Shown here in pieces: positions 9,807 through 19,955 of a stretch of 64,000 bases of DNA; within the stretch, counting starts at the first letter, position 1, and every line of letters starts with the position of its first letter. The stretch is from an uncultured Candidatus Entotheonella sp. GTDB lineage: Bacteria > Tectomicrobia > Entotheonellia > Entotheonellales > Entotheonellaceae. The stretch lies in contig CBDCDA010000001.1 of assembly GCA_965215335.1 (NCBI GenBank), forward strand, positions 640,001-704,000. The letters run 5' to 3'. The position numbers were made by a program, and so were the translations under genes. The notes below the pieces were generated by a model. The model had not been told where the DNA came from, did not search any database, and worked only from the letters and a program-made list of their open reading frames with translations.

Positions 9807-12308
9807 TCACAAAAAGCTGACCGGATCAACATCCACGCTGACGCGCGTCAGCCGCGGGAACGCCTTTTGCCGGCGGGCCTCCGCCAAGCCGGCGATGAGG
9901 CATTGATGCAGCGCCTTGCTCGACACGCTCTTCACAAGGAGGTGCCAGCGGTAACGGTCGTGCAATTTGGCGATGGGTGCCTCGGCCGGTCCCAGGATGG
10001 TCACGTCAGACCGTATCGGAATCTGACGCTGTAACGTCTGGCCGATTCGCTGGCTGGTTGCCTCCGCCTGTTCGGCCTTGGGGCTCTCGACAATCAGGCG
10101 CGCCAGGCGGGAAAACGGCGGGTACAGCACGTCCCGCCGCCGTGCGGTCTCGTGCCGGAAGAAGCCGGTGAAGTCATGCCCGCATGTGAAAGTCACGCTG
10201 TCGTGCTCCGGGCGGTAGGTCTGTATGAGCACGTGTCCGGGGCGTTCACCTCGCCCGGCCCGCCCGGCGACCTGGGTCAGCAGTTGAAACAGGCGCTCGG
10301 GCGCCCGGAAGTCGGGCATCGACAGGCTGGCGTCGGCGGACACCACCCCGACCAGGGTGATGTTGGGGTAATCGTGCCCTTTGGCGATCATCTGGGTGCC
10401 GACCAGGACATCGATATCGCCGTTGCCCAAGGCGCGCAGAATGCGCTGATGCGCCGCCTTGGCACGGGTGGTATCGCGGTCCATGCGGGCCAGGCGCGCC
10501 TCGGGGAACAGCGCACTCAGCACCGCTTCGACTTGCTGCGTCCCGAGGCCGTGCGGCCGCAGCGAGACGCTTTCGCATCCCGTACACAGCGTCGGCACCG
10601 CCTGGTTGAAGCCGCAGTAATGGCACCGCAGCCGGCGGGTGCCGCGGTGATACGTCAGCGCCACGCTGCAATGCTCGCAGTAGGGAATGGTGCCGCAGTC
10701 GCGGCATTGCAGATAGGCGGCAAAGCCGCGCCGGTTGATCAGAATGAGACATTGTTCGCGGCGCTCCAGGCAGGCTGCGATGGCTTCCCGCAGCGGGCTG
10801 GAAACGATGCGCTCGTTCGGCGCCGTGTGCAGCCGCTGGTCCACCAGGGTAATCGCGGGCAAGGGCTTGTCGTCGACGCGATAGGGCAGCGACAGGAGCA
10901 GGTACTTGCCCCTGCGGGCATTGTGAAACGATTCCACCGCCGGCGTGGCACTGCCCATGACCACCACCGCACGGCTCTGCTGAGCGCGAACGATGGCAAC
11001 GTCCCGGGCGTGGTAGCGCGGCGCATCCTCCTGCTTGTAGGAGGTGTCGTGCTCTTCATCCACGACGACAAGGCCGAGTTGCTGCATCGGGGCGAAAACC
11101 GCCGAGCGGGTTCCGATGGCAATCCGGGCGTCGCCGCGCGCCAGACGACGCCATTCATCGAAGCGTTCCCCGCCGGAAAGGCTGCTGTGCAGCACGCCGA
11201 GCCGGGAGGCAAAACGGGCTGCAAAGCGCTGCACGAGCTGGTCGGTCAGGGCAATTTCAGGCACCAGGACGAGCGCCGATTTGCCTTGGCGGAGCACGCC
11301 GGCGATCGCGCGCATATAAACCTCGGTTTTGCCGCTGCCGGTAATGCCGTGCAGCAGGACCGGCGTTCCGTCCGGCGCCGCCAACCTGGCCTCGATCTGT
11401 TCCAGGGCGCACCGTTGGGCGTCATTCAGGATGGGCAGCGAGATCGGCTGGTCGGGCGGCAACGGGACGACCCGGCGCAGGTCTTCGACCTCGCATACCT
11501 CCACGACCCCCTGCTGCTGCAGGCGCTTGACGGCAGCCGGAGCGCCCGCCAGCCGGCGGCGCAGCGTCTTCAACTCGCACGCCGGCTGCTCCAGCAGGAA
11601 GGCCAGGACCTTCGCCTGGTTCGGGGCGCGGGGTCGAATCTGCTCCACAAGGGTCCGGGCGGCGTCAGCCCCGGAAAGCAGGCGCACCAAGGTCATCGTG
11701 CGTTCCCGCACCTTGGGGGCGCGGCGCTGGCGGGTCTGGCTGACGAGTCCTTGATCTTGCAGACGCCGCAGCAGGGCCGCGAGGTTGCCCGTGCCGACGG
11801 CTTTGGCGAGGTCCTGGCGACGCGCGGCACCCTGGCGTTCCAGATAGCGGAGCACCTCTCCTGCCCTGCCCGGCGGCCATGCCGACGATTGCCGCGCTTC
11901 GGGCGCCAAGTCGTAAAGGGTGGCCGAGCGTTCGCGGAAGCCCTCGGGAATGGCGGCCTTCAGAACCTGGCCCCACGAACACAGGTAATAGTCGGCAACC
12001 CATTTCGTCAGCCGCAGCAGGTCGGCCGAGACCACCGGTGTCTCGTCCAGGACTTCGCTCAGTGCCTTCGGACCGGATACGGTGCTGTGAGCGGCAAGCC
12101 CGACGATGTAGCCCAGGGTCTCCCGCTGCCCGACCGGGACCATCACCCGCTGGCCAACCGCACAATGCCCCTGCAGGGCAGGCGGGATGCGGTAGTCGAG
12201 CGGCGCTTCGAGGGGCAACTCGACGACGACCTTGGCGATGCAGGGGAATGGGGAGTGGAACCTGGGATCAGAAGCGGAGGATTGAGCGAGCTCGGTGTCG
12301 CTTGCCAT
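9807..12308 (-). CDS. priA: Primosomal protein N'
   Basis: GITGSGKTEVY, DEEH, four CxxC pairs, GTQMIAKGHD and QVAGRAGR motifs. Confidence 0.97.
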   Translation of the reverse strand: MASDTELAQSSASDPRFHSPFPCIAKVVVELPLEAPLDYRIPPALQGHCAVGQRVMVPVGQRETLGYIVGLAAHSTVSGPKALSEVLDETPVVSADLLRLTKWVADYYLCSWGQVLKAAIPEGFRERSATLYDLAPEARQSSAWPPGRAGEVLRYLERQGAARRQDLAKAVGTGNLAALLRRLQDQGLVSQTRQRRAPKVRERTMTLVRLLSGADAARTLVEQIRPRAPNQAKVLAFLLEQPACELKTLRRRLAGAPAAVKRLQQQGVVEVCEVEDLRRVVPLPPDQPISLPILNDAQRCALEQIEARLAAPDGTPVLLHGITGSGKTEVYMRAIAGVLRQGKSALVLVPEIALTDQLVQRFAARFASRLGVLHSSLSGGERFDEWRRLARGDARIAIGTRSAVFAPMQQLGLVVVDEEHDTSYKQEDAPRYHARDVAIVRAQQSRAVVVMGSATPAVESFHNARRGKYLLLSLPYRVDDKPLPAITLVDQRLHTAPNERIVSSPLREAIAACLERREQCLILINRRGFAAYLQCRDCGTIPYCEHCSVALTYHRGTRRLRCHYCGFNQAVPTLCTGCESVSLRPHGLGTQQVEAVLSALFPEARLARMDRDTTRAKAAHQRILRALGNGDIDVLVGTQMIAKGHDYPNITLVGVVSADASLSMPDFRAPERLFQLLTQVAGRAGRGERPGHVLIQTYRPEHDSVTFTCGHDFTGFFRHETARRRDVLYPPFSRLARLIVESPKAEQAEATSQRIGQTLQRQIPIRSDVTILGPAEAPIAKLHDRYRWHLLVKSVSSKALHQCLIAGLAEARRQKAFPRLTRVSVDVDPVSFL

Positions 12309-12326
12309 GGGGGCGGCTCAGAATGG

Positions 12327-12701
12327 TTACGACACGTCGTAGTTCAAACGCCCACCAGCTTTGCGGCTTTCCATCTCTTCCTGGCAACCGCGGCAGAACC
12401 GCGTCCACGGAATCGCTTCGAGGCGCTTGATTTCGATCGGGTCTTCGCAATCCGCGCAAATCCCGTAATCGTCGTGATTCATGCGCTCAAGGGCGTCCTC
12501 AATGGCACGCAATTCATCCAGCTCGCGGCTTTTCAGCATGAAGGTAATTTCGCGGTCGCGGGCGTTGCTGGCAATATCGAGGGAATCTCCGTGGGTGGCC
12601 TCGTCCAGCATCTGCAGGTGTTGCTCGCCGGAAATTTTGGAGAGGATACCCTGACGCCGCCGTTGCAAATCCGCCCGTATCTTTTCGTAAGCCTCTGTCA
12701 T
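12327..12701 (-). CDS. dksA: DksA/TraR family C4 zinc-finger protein
   Basis: Coiled coil with DxxDxA (DSLDIA); YGICADC...RLEAIPWTRFCRGC. Confidence 0.8.
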   Translation of the reverse strand: MTEAYEKIRADLQRRRQGILSKISGEQHLQMLDEATHGDSLDIASNARDREITFMLKSRELDELRAIEDALERMNHDDYGICADCEDPIEIKRLEAIPWTRFCRGCQEEMESRKAGGRLNYDVS

Positions 12702-13004
12702 GACGTTACCGCCCTCTGATAACGACTCGCACCGGAACAGGTGATCACGAGAGAGCAGCAAAAACGAACTCTGGCAACCGCCTCTCGCGGAAAAAAGGGA
12801 GCCATTGTAGTTGCCGAGTCTTGAGGATGTCAACGAGACTGCGGTCGCGCACAGGGTAAGCGCATATGAGGATTGCCATTCGTCGGGTTCCAGCAATTTC
12901 TCGAATTACCCCTTGGTATTCCGTCGAGGCGTAGAGGCTTGACGCAAGCTGGCTGGCCCCGGATAACGCCATATGCGCTTACCCTGCGGTCGCGCACCCG
13001 TGTT

Positions 13005-13796
13005 CTAAGACATGGCTGCGACGAAGGCGCCGTTGCTCCGTTCGGTGCGTCCCGTGACGGGGGAAAAATGTATACCGCACTCCTTGACCGCACGTATTTC
13101 CCACCACCAGCGACCGGCCCGCTCATTCTCACCGGGAAACGTGGCACGCGTGCAGGGCCCACAGCCAATACTCGGATAGTCCTGGTCGTACAACGGATGG
13201 TAGGGCACGTCGTACTCGTGGACATACGCCCACACGTCTTCCTTGGTCCAATCGGCGAGCGGGTTGAGCTTCACGATGCCGCCGTGCGCGTAGTCCAATT
13301 CCACCTTTTTGATGTGGGCGCGTGAGGGGTTCTGGTCGCGCCGCAGTCCCGCAAACCAGGCATCCGCACTTTCCAGCCCGCGCGCCAACGGACGCACCTT
13401 GCGCAAGCTGCAGCACTGCATCCGCAGGTCCACCGAGTCGTAAAAGGGGTTCACGCCGTTTTCCCGGGTGAAGGTTTCGATGTCGCGGTGGTCGGGGAAG
13501 AGGGTCTGCAACCGCATCGCCGGGTAGTGGTCCCGGACGCGGTCAATAAAGGAATAGGTCTCCTGAGGGAGACGGCCGGTGTCCACCGTGAGGGCGCGGA
13601 CCGATGGCCGGAGCCGGCAGGCCATGTCCAGAATAATCATGCCTTCCGCCTGCAAGCCGGTGACCACCACTGCGGCGTCACCGAACCCTGTCAACGCCCA
13701 CGCGATCACCTCTTCAGGGTCGGCGTCGGCGAATCTGGCAGCCATGGCATCAACTTCACTTTTGTCGAAGCGGATCCGTTTCAAGCCCATTCCCAT
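13005..13796 (-). CDS. cysH: APS/PAPS reductase (Fe-S type)
   Basis: VDTGRL, CCSLRKVRPL, GLRRDQ, YPSIGCGPCT, ERAGRW and KECGIH motifs. Confidence 0.95.
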   Translation of the reverse strand: MGMGLKRIRFDKSEVDAMAARFADADPEEVIAWALTGFGDAAVVVTGLQAEGMIILDMACRLRPSVRALTVDTGRLPQETYSFIDRVRDHYPAMRLQTLFPDHRDIETFTRENGVNPFYDSVDLRMQCCSLRKVRPLARGLESADAWFAGLRRDQNPSRAHIKKVELDYAHGGIVKLNPLADWTKEDVWAYVHEYDVPYHPLYDQDYPSIGCGPCTRATFPGENERAGRWWWEIRAVKECGIHFSPVTGRTERSNGAFVAAMS

Positions 13797-13850
13797 CCTT
13801 ACTCCTCGTCTATAGCAATGCCGAGACTCACGACTTGCCTGCGATGAAAC

Positions 13851-13886
13851 AAAAAAACGCCCGCTCCCTGCCGCAGGGAGTGGGCG
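13851..13886 (-). terminator. Intrinsic terminator / attenuator upstream of cysH
   Basis: Minus strand CGCCCACTCCCTG-CGG-CAGGGAGCGGGCG-TTTTTTT: 13-bp stem with one A.C mismatch. Confidence 0.8.
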
Positions 13887-13909
13887 TTTTCAACGACGGA
13901 CAGAACGGC

Positions 13910-14038
13910 TTACTTCGTCCACACCCCCGCGACTGGGAACACGCAGCAGACCGTGCAGCGACAACACGTACCGCCAGTCTCGTGGGTACACAGCGAGGTG
14001 GAAGAAAACCGGTAACTCGTCGTGGAAATATCCGTCAT
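13910..14038 (-). CDS. Putative Cys-rich leader peptide, 42 aa: MTDISTTSYRFSSTSLCTHETGGTCCRCTVCCVFPVAGVWTK
   Basis: Hand translation; 6 Cys codons; ends 23 nt before the terminator stem; motif shared with 59043..59168. Confidence 0.72.
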   Translation of the reverse strand: MTDISTTSYRFSSTSLCTHETGGTCCRCTVCCVFPVAGVWTK

Positions 14039-14202
14039 GAGCAGTCATTGCCTTCTTGAAGTGATCTGAACGGTGACGGGTACTCTACCACAGGTGTTTT
14101 CCGCAGGGCAAGTTCCCGGTTGGCTCCACAGCGCACGAAACCGCCCGACGACAGACGTATCCTCGTTGGAAGTCAAGGCGTCGAGGCAGTGATTTTTCCC
14201 GA

Positions 14203-14997
14203 CTACCAGGCCCGCCAGCCGCCGTCGACGTGCAGCACGCTACCGGTTACGTACGACGCGGCGGGAGAGGCGAGGTAGATGATGGCGCCCAGCAGCTCCC
14301 CTTCCCTCCCCAGACGTCCCAGGGGCGTAAATTGCTCCATACGCGCCCGCTGCTCGTCGTGCACCCGGCCCAGGCGGGGATCGGTAATCATGTCGGTCGG
14401 AAACCAGGACGGCGCCAGGGCGTTTACCGTGATGCCGTGAGGCGCCCATTCGACCGCCAGTTGCCGGGTCAGATTGGTAACGGCGCCCTTGGTGGCGGCA
14501 TAACCGACGGTCCGGTGCACCGAGTTGGCCCCTTCCCCGAGCACCGAGGAGATATTGACGACGCGTCCGCCCGCACCCCGCTCGATCATCCGGCGTCCGA
14601 CGCGCTGGCAGCACAGGAATACCGCCGTGAGGTTGATGTCCAGCGCCTGCCGCCACTTGTCCAGATCGTGACGCTCGGCGCGGCCCACAGGCGCAATCCC
14701 GGCATTGTTGACCAGGATGTCAATGGGCCCCAGCGTGTCATGGACGTCCCGGACGGCCGCCTCGATCTGCGCCTCATGCTGGAGGTCGGCCTGCACAGGA
14801 AGCGCCCGCACGCCGAATGTCTCCAACTCCGAGGCCACCGCCTGCAGGCGCTCCAGCCGTCTTGCCACGACGGCGACGTCGGCGCCAGCCATGGCCAGAC
14901 CCCTGGCAAATTCCTTGCCCAGGCCGCTGGAGGCGCCGGTGACCAGCGCCACCTTGCCACGCAGGCCGAACAAGCGTTCCAGATCCGACGAACTCAT
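14203..14997 (-). CDS. SDR family oxidoreductase
   Basis: TGASSGLG, NNAG and YAATK motifs. Confidence 0.93.
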   Translation of the reverse strand: MSSSDLERLFGLRGKVALVTGASSGLGKEFARGLAMAGADVAVVARRLERLQAVASELETFGVRALPVQADLQHEAQIEAAVRDVHDTLGPIDILVNNAGIAPVGRAERHDLDKWRQALDINLTAVFLCCQRVGRRMIERGAGGRVVNISSVLGEGANSVHRTVGYAATKGAVTNLTRQLAVEWAPHGITVNALAPSWFPTDMITDPRLGRVHDEQRARMEQFTPLGRLGREGELLGAIIYLASPAASYVTGSVLHVDGGWRAW

Positions 14998-16146
14998 CTA
15001 TTTCTCAAGGGCGGAAGAGGCCAGACGAGCGGCGCTGAACAGGGAAATATCGTGCCCGGTGGCGCCGTCCCCAGCCAGGTCGGCCAGGATTTCGCCGATG
15101 ACGGGACAGAATTTGAAGCCGTGTCCCGAAAAGCCGCCTGCGAACACCACTCGCGGATCTTCGGGGTGAAAGTCAATGACGAAATGCCCGTCGGGGGAGT
15201 TGGTGAACATGCAGGTGGCCGTGGACAATACCGGGCCTTCGCCGTCCGGGAAATAGCGCCGCACGAGACCGCGCAGCAGGGCTTCGTCCGCCGGGTGAAA
15301 ACCCCGGTCCACGGCGGCGGGGTCGTCCACAAGCTGTTCCAGATGGTGGAAACGGCCGATCTTGAAGCCAGGGATGCCGTAGATCGGCATGCCATAAAAA
15401 TTCCCCTCCTCGGCATCCAGGATGAAAACCGGAAACGCGTCCATGTGAAAGGCGCGCGGCACGCGCGGCTGCATCCAGATCAGCACCTGCCGCTCCGGTT
15501 GCAGCACGCCGTGATAGCGCGTCAGCAGCCGGTGGGTCCAGGCGCCGGCCGTCAACACCAGGCGCTCGGCCTGGTAGACGCCGCGGTTGGTTTGCACCCG
15601 CACACCGGCGTCGCCGGTCTCCCAGTCTTCAACCGTCTCGCGGCCGTGTACGTCGGCGCCGTGCCGCAGGGCCGCCGTCACGTGCGCCACGATGCACCGC
15701 TCGGCCGCCAGAAGACCGGCCTGGGGTTCGTACAGAGCCATCAGCGGCGCCTGCAGCCCGTAACCGGGAAATCGCCGCCGCACGGCCTCGGGCGCCAGAA
15801 TCTCGTGCGCCAGGCCGTGTTCCTGCACCGACTTCAGCGCGCCCGCGAATACCTGACTCGTTTCGGCGCCGATATTCAAGGCGCCGGTGACGTGCAACAG
15901 ACGCTCCTCGACGGTCCGCTCCAGCGCCCACCACAGTTCGTAAGCGCGGTGCAGGAGCGGCACGTAGGACGGGTGCTCGTAATACGCCAGGCGGATGATC
16001 CGTGAAATGCCGTGAGACGACCCCTGCTGGTGCGGAATGTCGTACTGCTCAAGGCCCAGAACCCGCTGGCCCCGTTTCGCCAGGTGATACACCGCCGCAC
16101 TGCCCATTCCCCCGACACCGACAACGATCACGTCATACGTCTGCAT
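14998..16146 (-). CDS. solA: N-methyl-L-tryptophan oxidase / monomeric sarcosine oxidase family
   Basis: GVGGMG, GSSHGISRIIRLAY, CMFTNSPD and FSGHGFKF motifs. Confidence 0.88.
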   Translation of the reverse strand: MQTYDVIVVGVGGMGSAAVYHLAKRGQRVLGLEQYDIPHQQGSSHGISRIIRLAYYEHPSYVPLLHRAYELWWALERTVEERLLHVTGALNIGAETSQVFAGALKSVQEHGLAHEILAPEAVRRRFPGYGLQAPLMALYEPQAGLLAAERCIVAHVTAALRHGADVHGRETVEDWETGDAGVRVQTNRGVYQAERLVLTAGAWTHRLLTRYHGVLQPERQVLIWMQPRVPRAFHMDAFPVFILDAEEGNFYGMPIYGIPGFKIGRFHHLEQLVDDPAAVDRGFHPADEALLRGLVRRYFPDGEGPVLSTATCMFTNSPDGHFVIDFHPEDPRVVFAGGFSGHGFKFCPVIGEILADLAGDGATGHDISLFSAARLASSALEK

Positions 16147-16157
16147 GACAGCCTCCG

Positions 16158-16412
16158 TCAGGTATCGCCAGCCGCCGAAGCGTTGCGATAAACCAGCAAG
16201 ATACGCCGGGCGAACGGAGCGTCGGCCTCAGGCACGTAGATTTCCGTCTCCCCCAGCGCCCCGTGCGACACCGGCAGTTGCGGCACCCGCCGGGACTTGA
16301 TGCGCCACTCCAGCCCCTCCCCGGCCAGGATGCCCGTAATCAGGTGCAGATCGGCATCGTTGAAAGCCGTGTGGATTTTCTTCCACGCTTCATCCGGTGT
16401 TTGTCGCACCAC
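16158..16412 (-). CDS. Small DUF2007-like protein
   Basis: LITGILAGEG...EIYVPEAD...ARRIL pattern. Confidence 0.6.
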   Translation of the reverse strand: MVRQTPDEAWKKIHTAFNDADLHLITGILAGEGLEWRIKSRRVPQLPVSHGALGETEIYVPEADAPFARRILLVYRNASAAGDT

Positions 16413-16445
16413 CCCGACCCCGCGGCACCGCTACGGGTCCACCCG

Positions 16446-16673
16446 TCAACGGTTCATGTTGAAGAAAAACCACAACCCGAAGATCGTCCAAACGATGATG
16501 AGCGTTAAACAGCCGTATTGGATAACCCATTCCTGGCGCCGCTGCGTCTCGGCGACCTGCGGGTCGACGTCAACCGGCAACGCCGCCGTCTCGCCGATGA
16601 ACTCGCCGCACTGGTGACAGTAATTGTAGCGCTCGGGCATCTCCGTCTGACACAGGGAGCACGTTTTCATCAT
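16446..16673 (-). CDS. Zinc-ribbon membrane protein
   Basis: CSLC...CHQCG followed by a C-terminal hydrophobic helix. Confidence 0.65.
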   Translation of the reverse strand: MMKTCSLCQTEMPERYNYCHQCGEFIGETAALPVDVDPQVAETQRRQEWVIQYGCLTLIIVWTIFGLWFFFNMNR

Positions 16674-16805
16674 GGTCGGAACGTCCCGGAGAACAGGGCG
16701 GGCGCGGGCGGTGGCCAAACGATACCGGCCCCGCCGTTCGGGTTTCCCCATCGGCGCCACCCGACTATAATGAGCGTCGAGCTATGATACGGCCACGGGT
16801 GATAT

Positions 16806-17987
16806 GTGGGGGCGAATGTGAAACGGTGCCGTCGAACGCTTCTGGCAATTCTCGTGCTGTTCATGTGCCTGCGGTCCGGTGCGACGGAAATGGGCCTCGC
16901 CGATTCCCGCGACGACGCCCCCGAGCTACCTTTCAGCACCATGAGAGACGCCGTGCAGGAGGCGTTGCGCTTGCGCTTTTCCCAGGCCCACGATGTCGTC
17001 AGCCGAGCGGAACCGGATGGCCGAGAAACCCTTGAAACGCAATTAACGCGGGGCATCATAGCCTATCTGCAAACGCATTGGCAAACTCGCCAGCGCCCTC
17101 CGTCACACGTCACCGCGCGCAAGTTCTTCACGCAAATTCTGAAAGCGGGCGAGCGACAACTTACCGAATCGCCCCGCCAAGGCCGGCTGCTATCAGTCCT
17201 GGGACTGGCCGCCGTTTTTGATGCCTTGCTGCCGCAGCAGGAAGCGCCGTGGGCACATCTGCAGCGCGCCACTCAGGGGCGTTCCCGGCTGGAAAAAGCG
17301 CTCATGTCCTACGAGGCCATGAGCGATGCCCACCTGGGTCTGGGAATGCTTTATTTCGTCGCGGACAGCGTCCCGTCCTGGGTCCGGCCCTTGCTGGGCG
17401 GGACCGCCCTGCAAGGGCCCGAGGACGCCATCCACCATTTCCGGCGCGCCGCCGAAACCGGACGATTCAGCCGCGATTTGGCGCGAACGTTCCTGCTGCA
17501 GTTGTACGTCATGGAGAAGCGCTACCGCGAAGCCATTCCTCTCGGCCAGTCCTTGCGCGAGACGTATCCCGACAACGGTTATTTCAGCTTGCTGACCGGA
17601 CGCAGCCAGTTCGAGCACGGCGAAACAGCCACAGCCGCCGCCACCTTGGGGGCCTTGGCAACGACCCTCTCAGAGCGGCCCGAGAGGCTCGTCGATGCGG
17701 ATGACCGGTTCGATCTGTATTACACCTGGGGCCGGGCCTTGCTCGATACCGACCAGCCTGAATTGGCTTTCGAGGCGTTTCGCGGCGCTATCAACCACGA
17801 CCCGCGCGCCGCCAGGGACGACAGCCTGTGGGCGAAGTTCTACCTGGCAACCCTGTACGAGCAACGCGGGTCGCTCAAAACCGCTCGCCAACTCTACTGC
17901 ACCTTGCTCCGGGAACGCGACGTCGACAATCTGCACAGCCGGGCCGAGCGTCGCCTCGCACACCTGGGGTCACGCGGGTGTGGCTGA
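16806..17987 (+). CDS. Exported TPR-repeat protein
   Basis: Signal-like N-terminus; TPR-like helices (DAHLGLGMLY, YYTWGRALL, KFYLATLYE). Confidence 0.72.
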   Translation: MGANVKRCRRTLLAILVLFMCLRSGATEMGLADSRDDAPELPFSTMRDAVQEALRLRFSQAHDVVSRAEPDGRETLETQLTRGIIAYLQTHWQTRQRPPSHVTARKFFTQILKAGERQLTESPRQGRLLSVLGLAAVFDALLPQQEAPWAHLQRATQGRSRLEKALMSYEAMSDAHLGLGMLYFVADSVPSWVRPLLGGTALQGPEDAIHHFRRAAETGRFSRDLARTFLLQLYVMEKRYREAIPLGQSLRETYPDNGYFSLLTGRSQFEHGETATAAATLGALATTLSERPERLVDADDRFDLYYTWGRALLDTDQPELAFEAFRGAINHDPRAARDDSLWAKFYLATLYEQRGSLKTARQLYCTLLRERDVDNLHSRAERRLAHLGSRGCG

Positions 17988-18036
17988 ATCGTCGAGAACA
18001 GCGAGTGCCATACTGATGCAAGGAAAGGAACGGGAA

Positions 18037-18867
18037 ATGGAAAACGATGCGGGGTATTTCCCGCCGCGTTTGCGGGGACAGGTGGCCCTGACAACCGGGG
18101 CGGGACGCGGGCTGGGGCGCGCCTACGCCTTGCGGCTGGCGCAGTTGGGCGCCGACGTTGTCGTCAACGACGTCGACCTGGCTTCCGCCGAACAGGTCAA
18201 CGAACCCCTGACCGCCGACTCGGTGGTGGACGAAATCCGCCAACTGGGACGGCGAGCCATCGGCATTGCCGCCGACGTCACCTGCGAGACCGCGGTCGAG
18301 CGCATGGTCGACGAAGCCTTGGCCGCGTTCGGTCACATCGACGTCCTGATCAACAACGCCGGCGGCGGGCGCGGCAGCCAGAGCGTGACCGAGTGCCCGC
18401 CCGACGTCTGGGACAAGGTGATGGCGAAAAACCTGCGTTCGGCCTTCCTTTGCTGCCGCGCCGTCGGCCGTCACATGCGACAACGCCGCCGGGGCAAGAT
18501 CATCAACGTCGCCTCGGTAGCCGGCTTGCGGCCCTTGATGCCGGTGCTCGCCCCTTACGCCACGGCAAAGGCAGGCGTCATTCAACTGACCCGTGCGTTG
18601 GCCCTGGAACTTGCGTCACACGGCATCAACGTCAACGCCATCGCACCCGGATACGTGGCAACCGTCAATTGGCTGGGCGGGCTGGGAAAAATCCAGGACG
18701 ACCTGGTCACGCAAATCCCCATGGGCCGCATCGGCCGGCCCGAAGACTGCGCCAAGGTGATCGAATTTCTCGCCACCGACCTGTCGGATTTCGTCACCGG
18801 CCAGGTGATCAGCGTGGACGGCGGCATGGGGCACCTCAACCCCGCCTACATGGGGCAGGCTTATTGA
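18037..18867 (+). CDS. SDR family oxidoreductase
   Basis: TGAGRGLG, NNAG and YATAK motifs. Confidence 0.92.
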   Translation: MENDAGYFPPRLRGQVALTTGAGRGLGRAYALRLAQLGADVVVNDVDLASAEQVNEPLTADSVVDEIRQLGRRAIGIAADVTCETAVERMVDEALAAFGHIDVLINNAGGGRGSQSVTECPPDVWDKVMAKNLRSAFLCCRAVGRHMRQRRRGKIINVASVAGLRPLMPVLAPYATAKAGVIQLTRALALELASHGINVNAIAPGYVATVNWLGGLGKIQDDLVTQIPMGRIGRPEDCAKVIEFLATDLSDFVTGQVISVDGGMGHLNPAYMGQAY

Positions 18868-19955
18868 GACGCGGCCTGCTGGCAACGGAATCCTACGAAG
18901 TTCGCCGCAACCCCCGGCAGCAGGACCGAGCGCACCCCGCACCCGACGTGACGCGAATCGCGGGCGCCGGAGCCGCCGCACAAGACGCGGGCGCCGCGGT
19001 CGTTCGCCGTGCCGCTCCATTCCAGGACATTACCGGCCAGATCGTAGACGCCATACGGGCTCGGGGTCTGAGGCATGCCTCCTGCGCCGACCGGCAGGGT
19101 GAAGGACGATTGCCCGGTCCCCTCCCCCGAAAGCGGCTCGTTCCCCCACGGAAAGGCACGGCCGTCAATGCCCCTACAGGCTTTGTCCCACTGCGGCTCT
19201 GCGGGGAGGGACTTGCCGGCCCAGCGACAATACGCATCGGCCTCGTACCACGTCACCCCGACCACGGGCTGCCGGGCGGCGTTGAACTCCTCGTTGTCCC
19301 AGTAGCTGGGCTGCCGACGCCCCTTGCCCTGGCGCCAGGCCCATCCTTCCGGCAGCCAGTAGCCGGCATCGGCATACCCGCCGGCGGCGATGAAGCGCTG
19401 GTATTCGGCATTGGTCACTTCGTAAACGTCAATGGCGAATGCCTCCAGCGTCGTCAGCGTGCCGTCGCCGCGCTGGAAGGCGCCGGGCGGAATGCGGACC
19501 ATGTCCTTCATTGACGGCATCTCGGGCGCCGCAGGCTCGACGTCTGCCGTCACCACCAAGTCGCGGTAGGCCACCAAGGCACGCTGCTGCCGCACCGTCA
19601 GGCCGCTCACGTAGGTGTCGACGCTCGGTTCAGGCTCGCAATCGTTCCGCCACAAAACGAGTCCCTCACCCGCCGTTCGGGAGACGAGCAACAGGTTCTC
19701 GCTCGAGCCCAGGTAATGCTGCAACACGATGAAGAATTTCTCTCGTTGGCGGTCCGGTCGAACCCCGGCGGCAGCCGCCGCCTCAATCATGGCATCCAGC
19801 ACCCGGTCATTCAGCACCACGTCCGTCGTAACGTCACGGGTACACGCCGGCAGATCAAACGATGGCATATCCTGCGACCACGCATCGGCGCCCAACACGA
19901 GAACCAGCCCCAATACCGCTCCAATCCATCCTGACCTGCCGTCATGCACACCCAT
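18861..19955 (-). CDS. Exported FGE/SUMF1-domain protein
   Basis: YEVTNAEYQRF, PVVGVTWYEADAYCRW, DLAGNVLEW and VGFRC motifs; signal peptide. Confidence 0.85.
   Translation of the reverse strand: MGVHDGRSGWIGAVLGLVLVLGADAWSQDMPSFDLPACTRDVTTDVVLNDRVLDAMIEAAAAAGVRPDRQREKFFIVLQHYLGSSENLLLVSRTAGEGLVLWRNDCEPEPSVDTYVSGLTVRQQRALVAYRDLVVTADVEPAAPEMPSMKDMVRIPPGAFQRGDGTLTTLEAFAIDVYEVTNAEYQRFIAAGGYADAGYWLPEGWAWRQGKGRRQPSYWDNEEFNAARQPVVGVTWYEADAYCRWAGKSLPAEPQWDKACRGIDGRAFPWGNEPLSGEGTGQSSFTLPVGAGGMPQTPSPYGVYDLAGNVLEWSGTANDRGARVLCGGSGARDSRHVGCGVRSVLLPGVAANFVGFRCQQAASQ

Noticed and set aside
10152..12719. Long antisense or alternate-frame ORFs (also 789-2195, 23165-25714, 24199-26736, 26691-28688, 30220-32259, 33925-36009, 38152-39990, 42522-44354)
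   Set aside because: Shadows of well-supported genes in high-GC DNA, with no recognisable motifs
13890..14048. Alternative leader ORF starting at ATG 14048
   Set aside because: It has no Cys codons, no similarity to the second leader, and its SD-like sequence is only about 2 nt from the ATG
13800..14200. SAM riboswitch or T-box upstream of cysH (and at 58900-59300)
   Set aside because: No SAM-I core or T-box consensus recognised by eye; the leader ORF explains the layout better. An Rfam scan was not run
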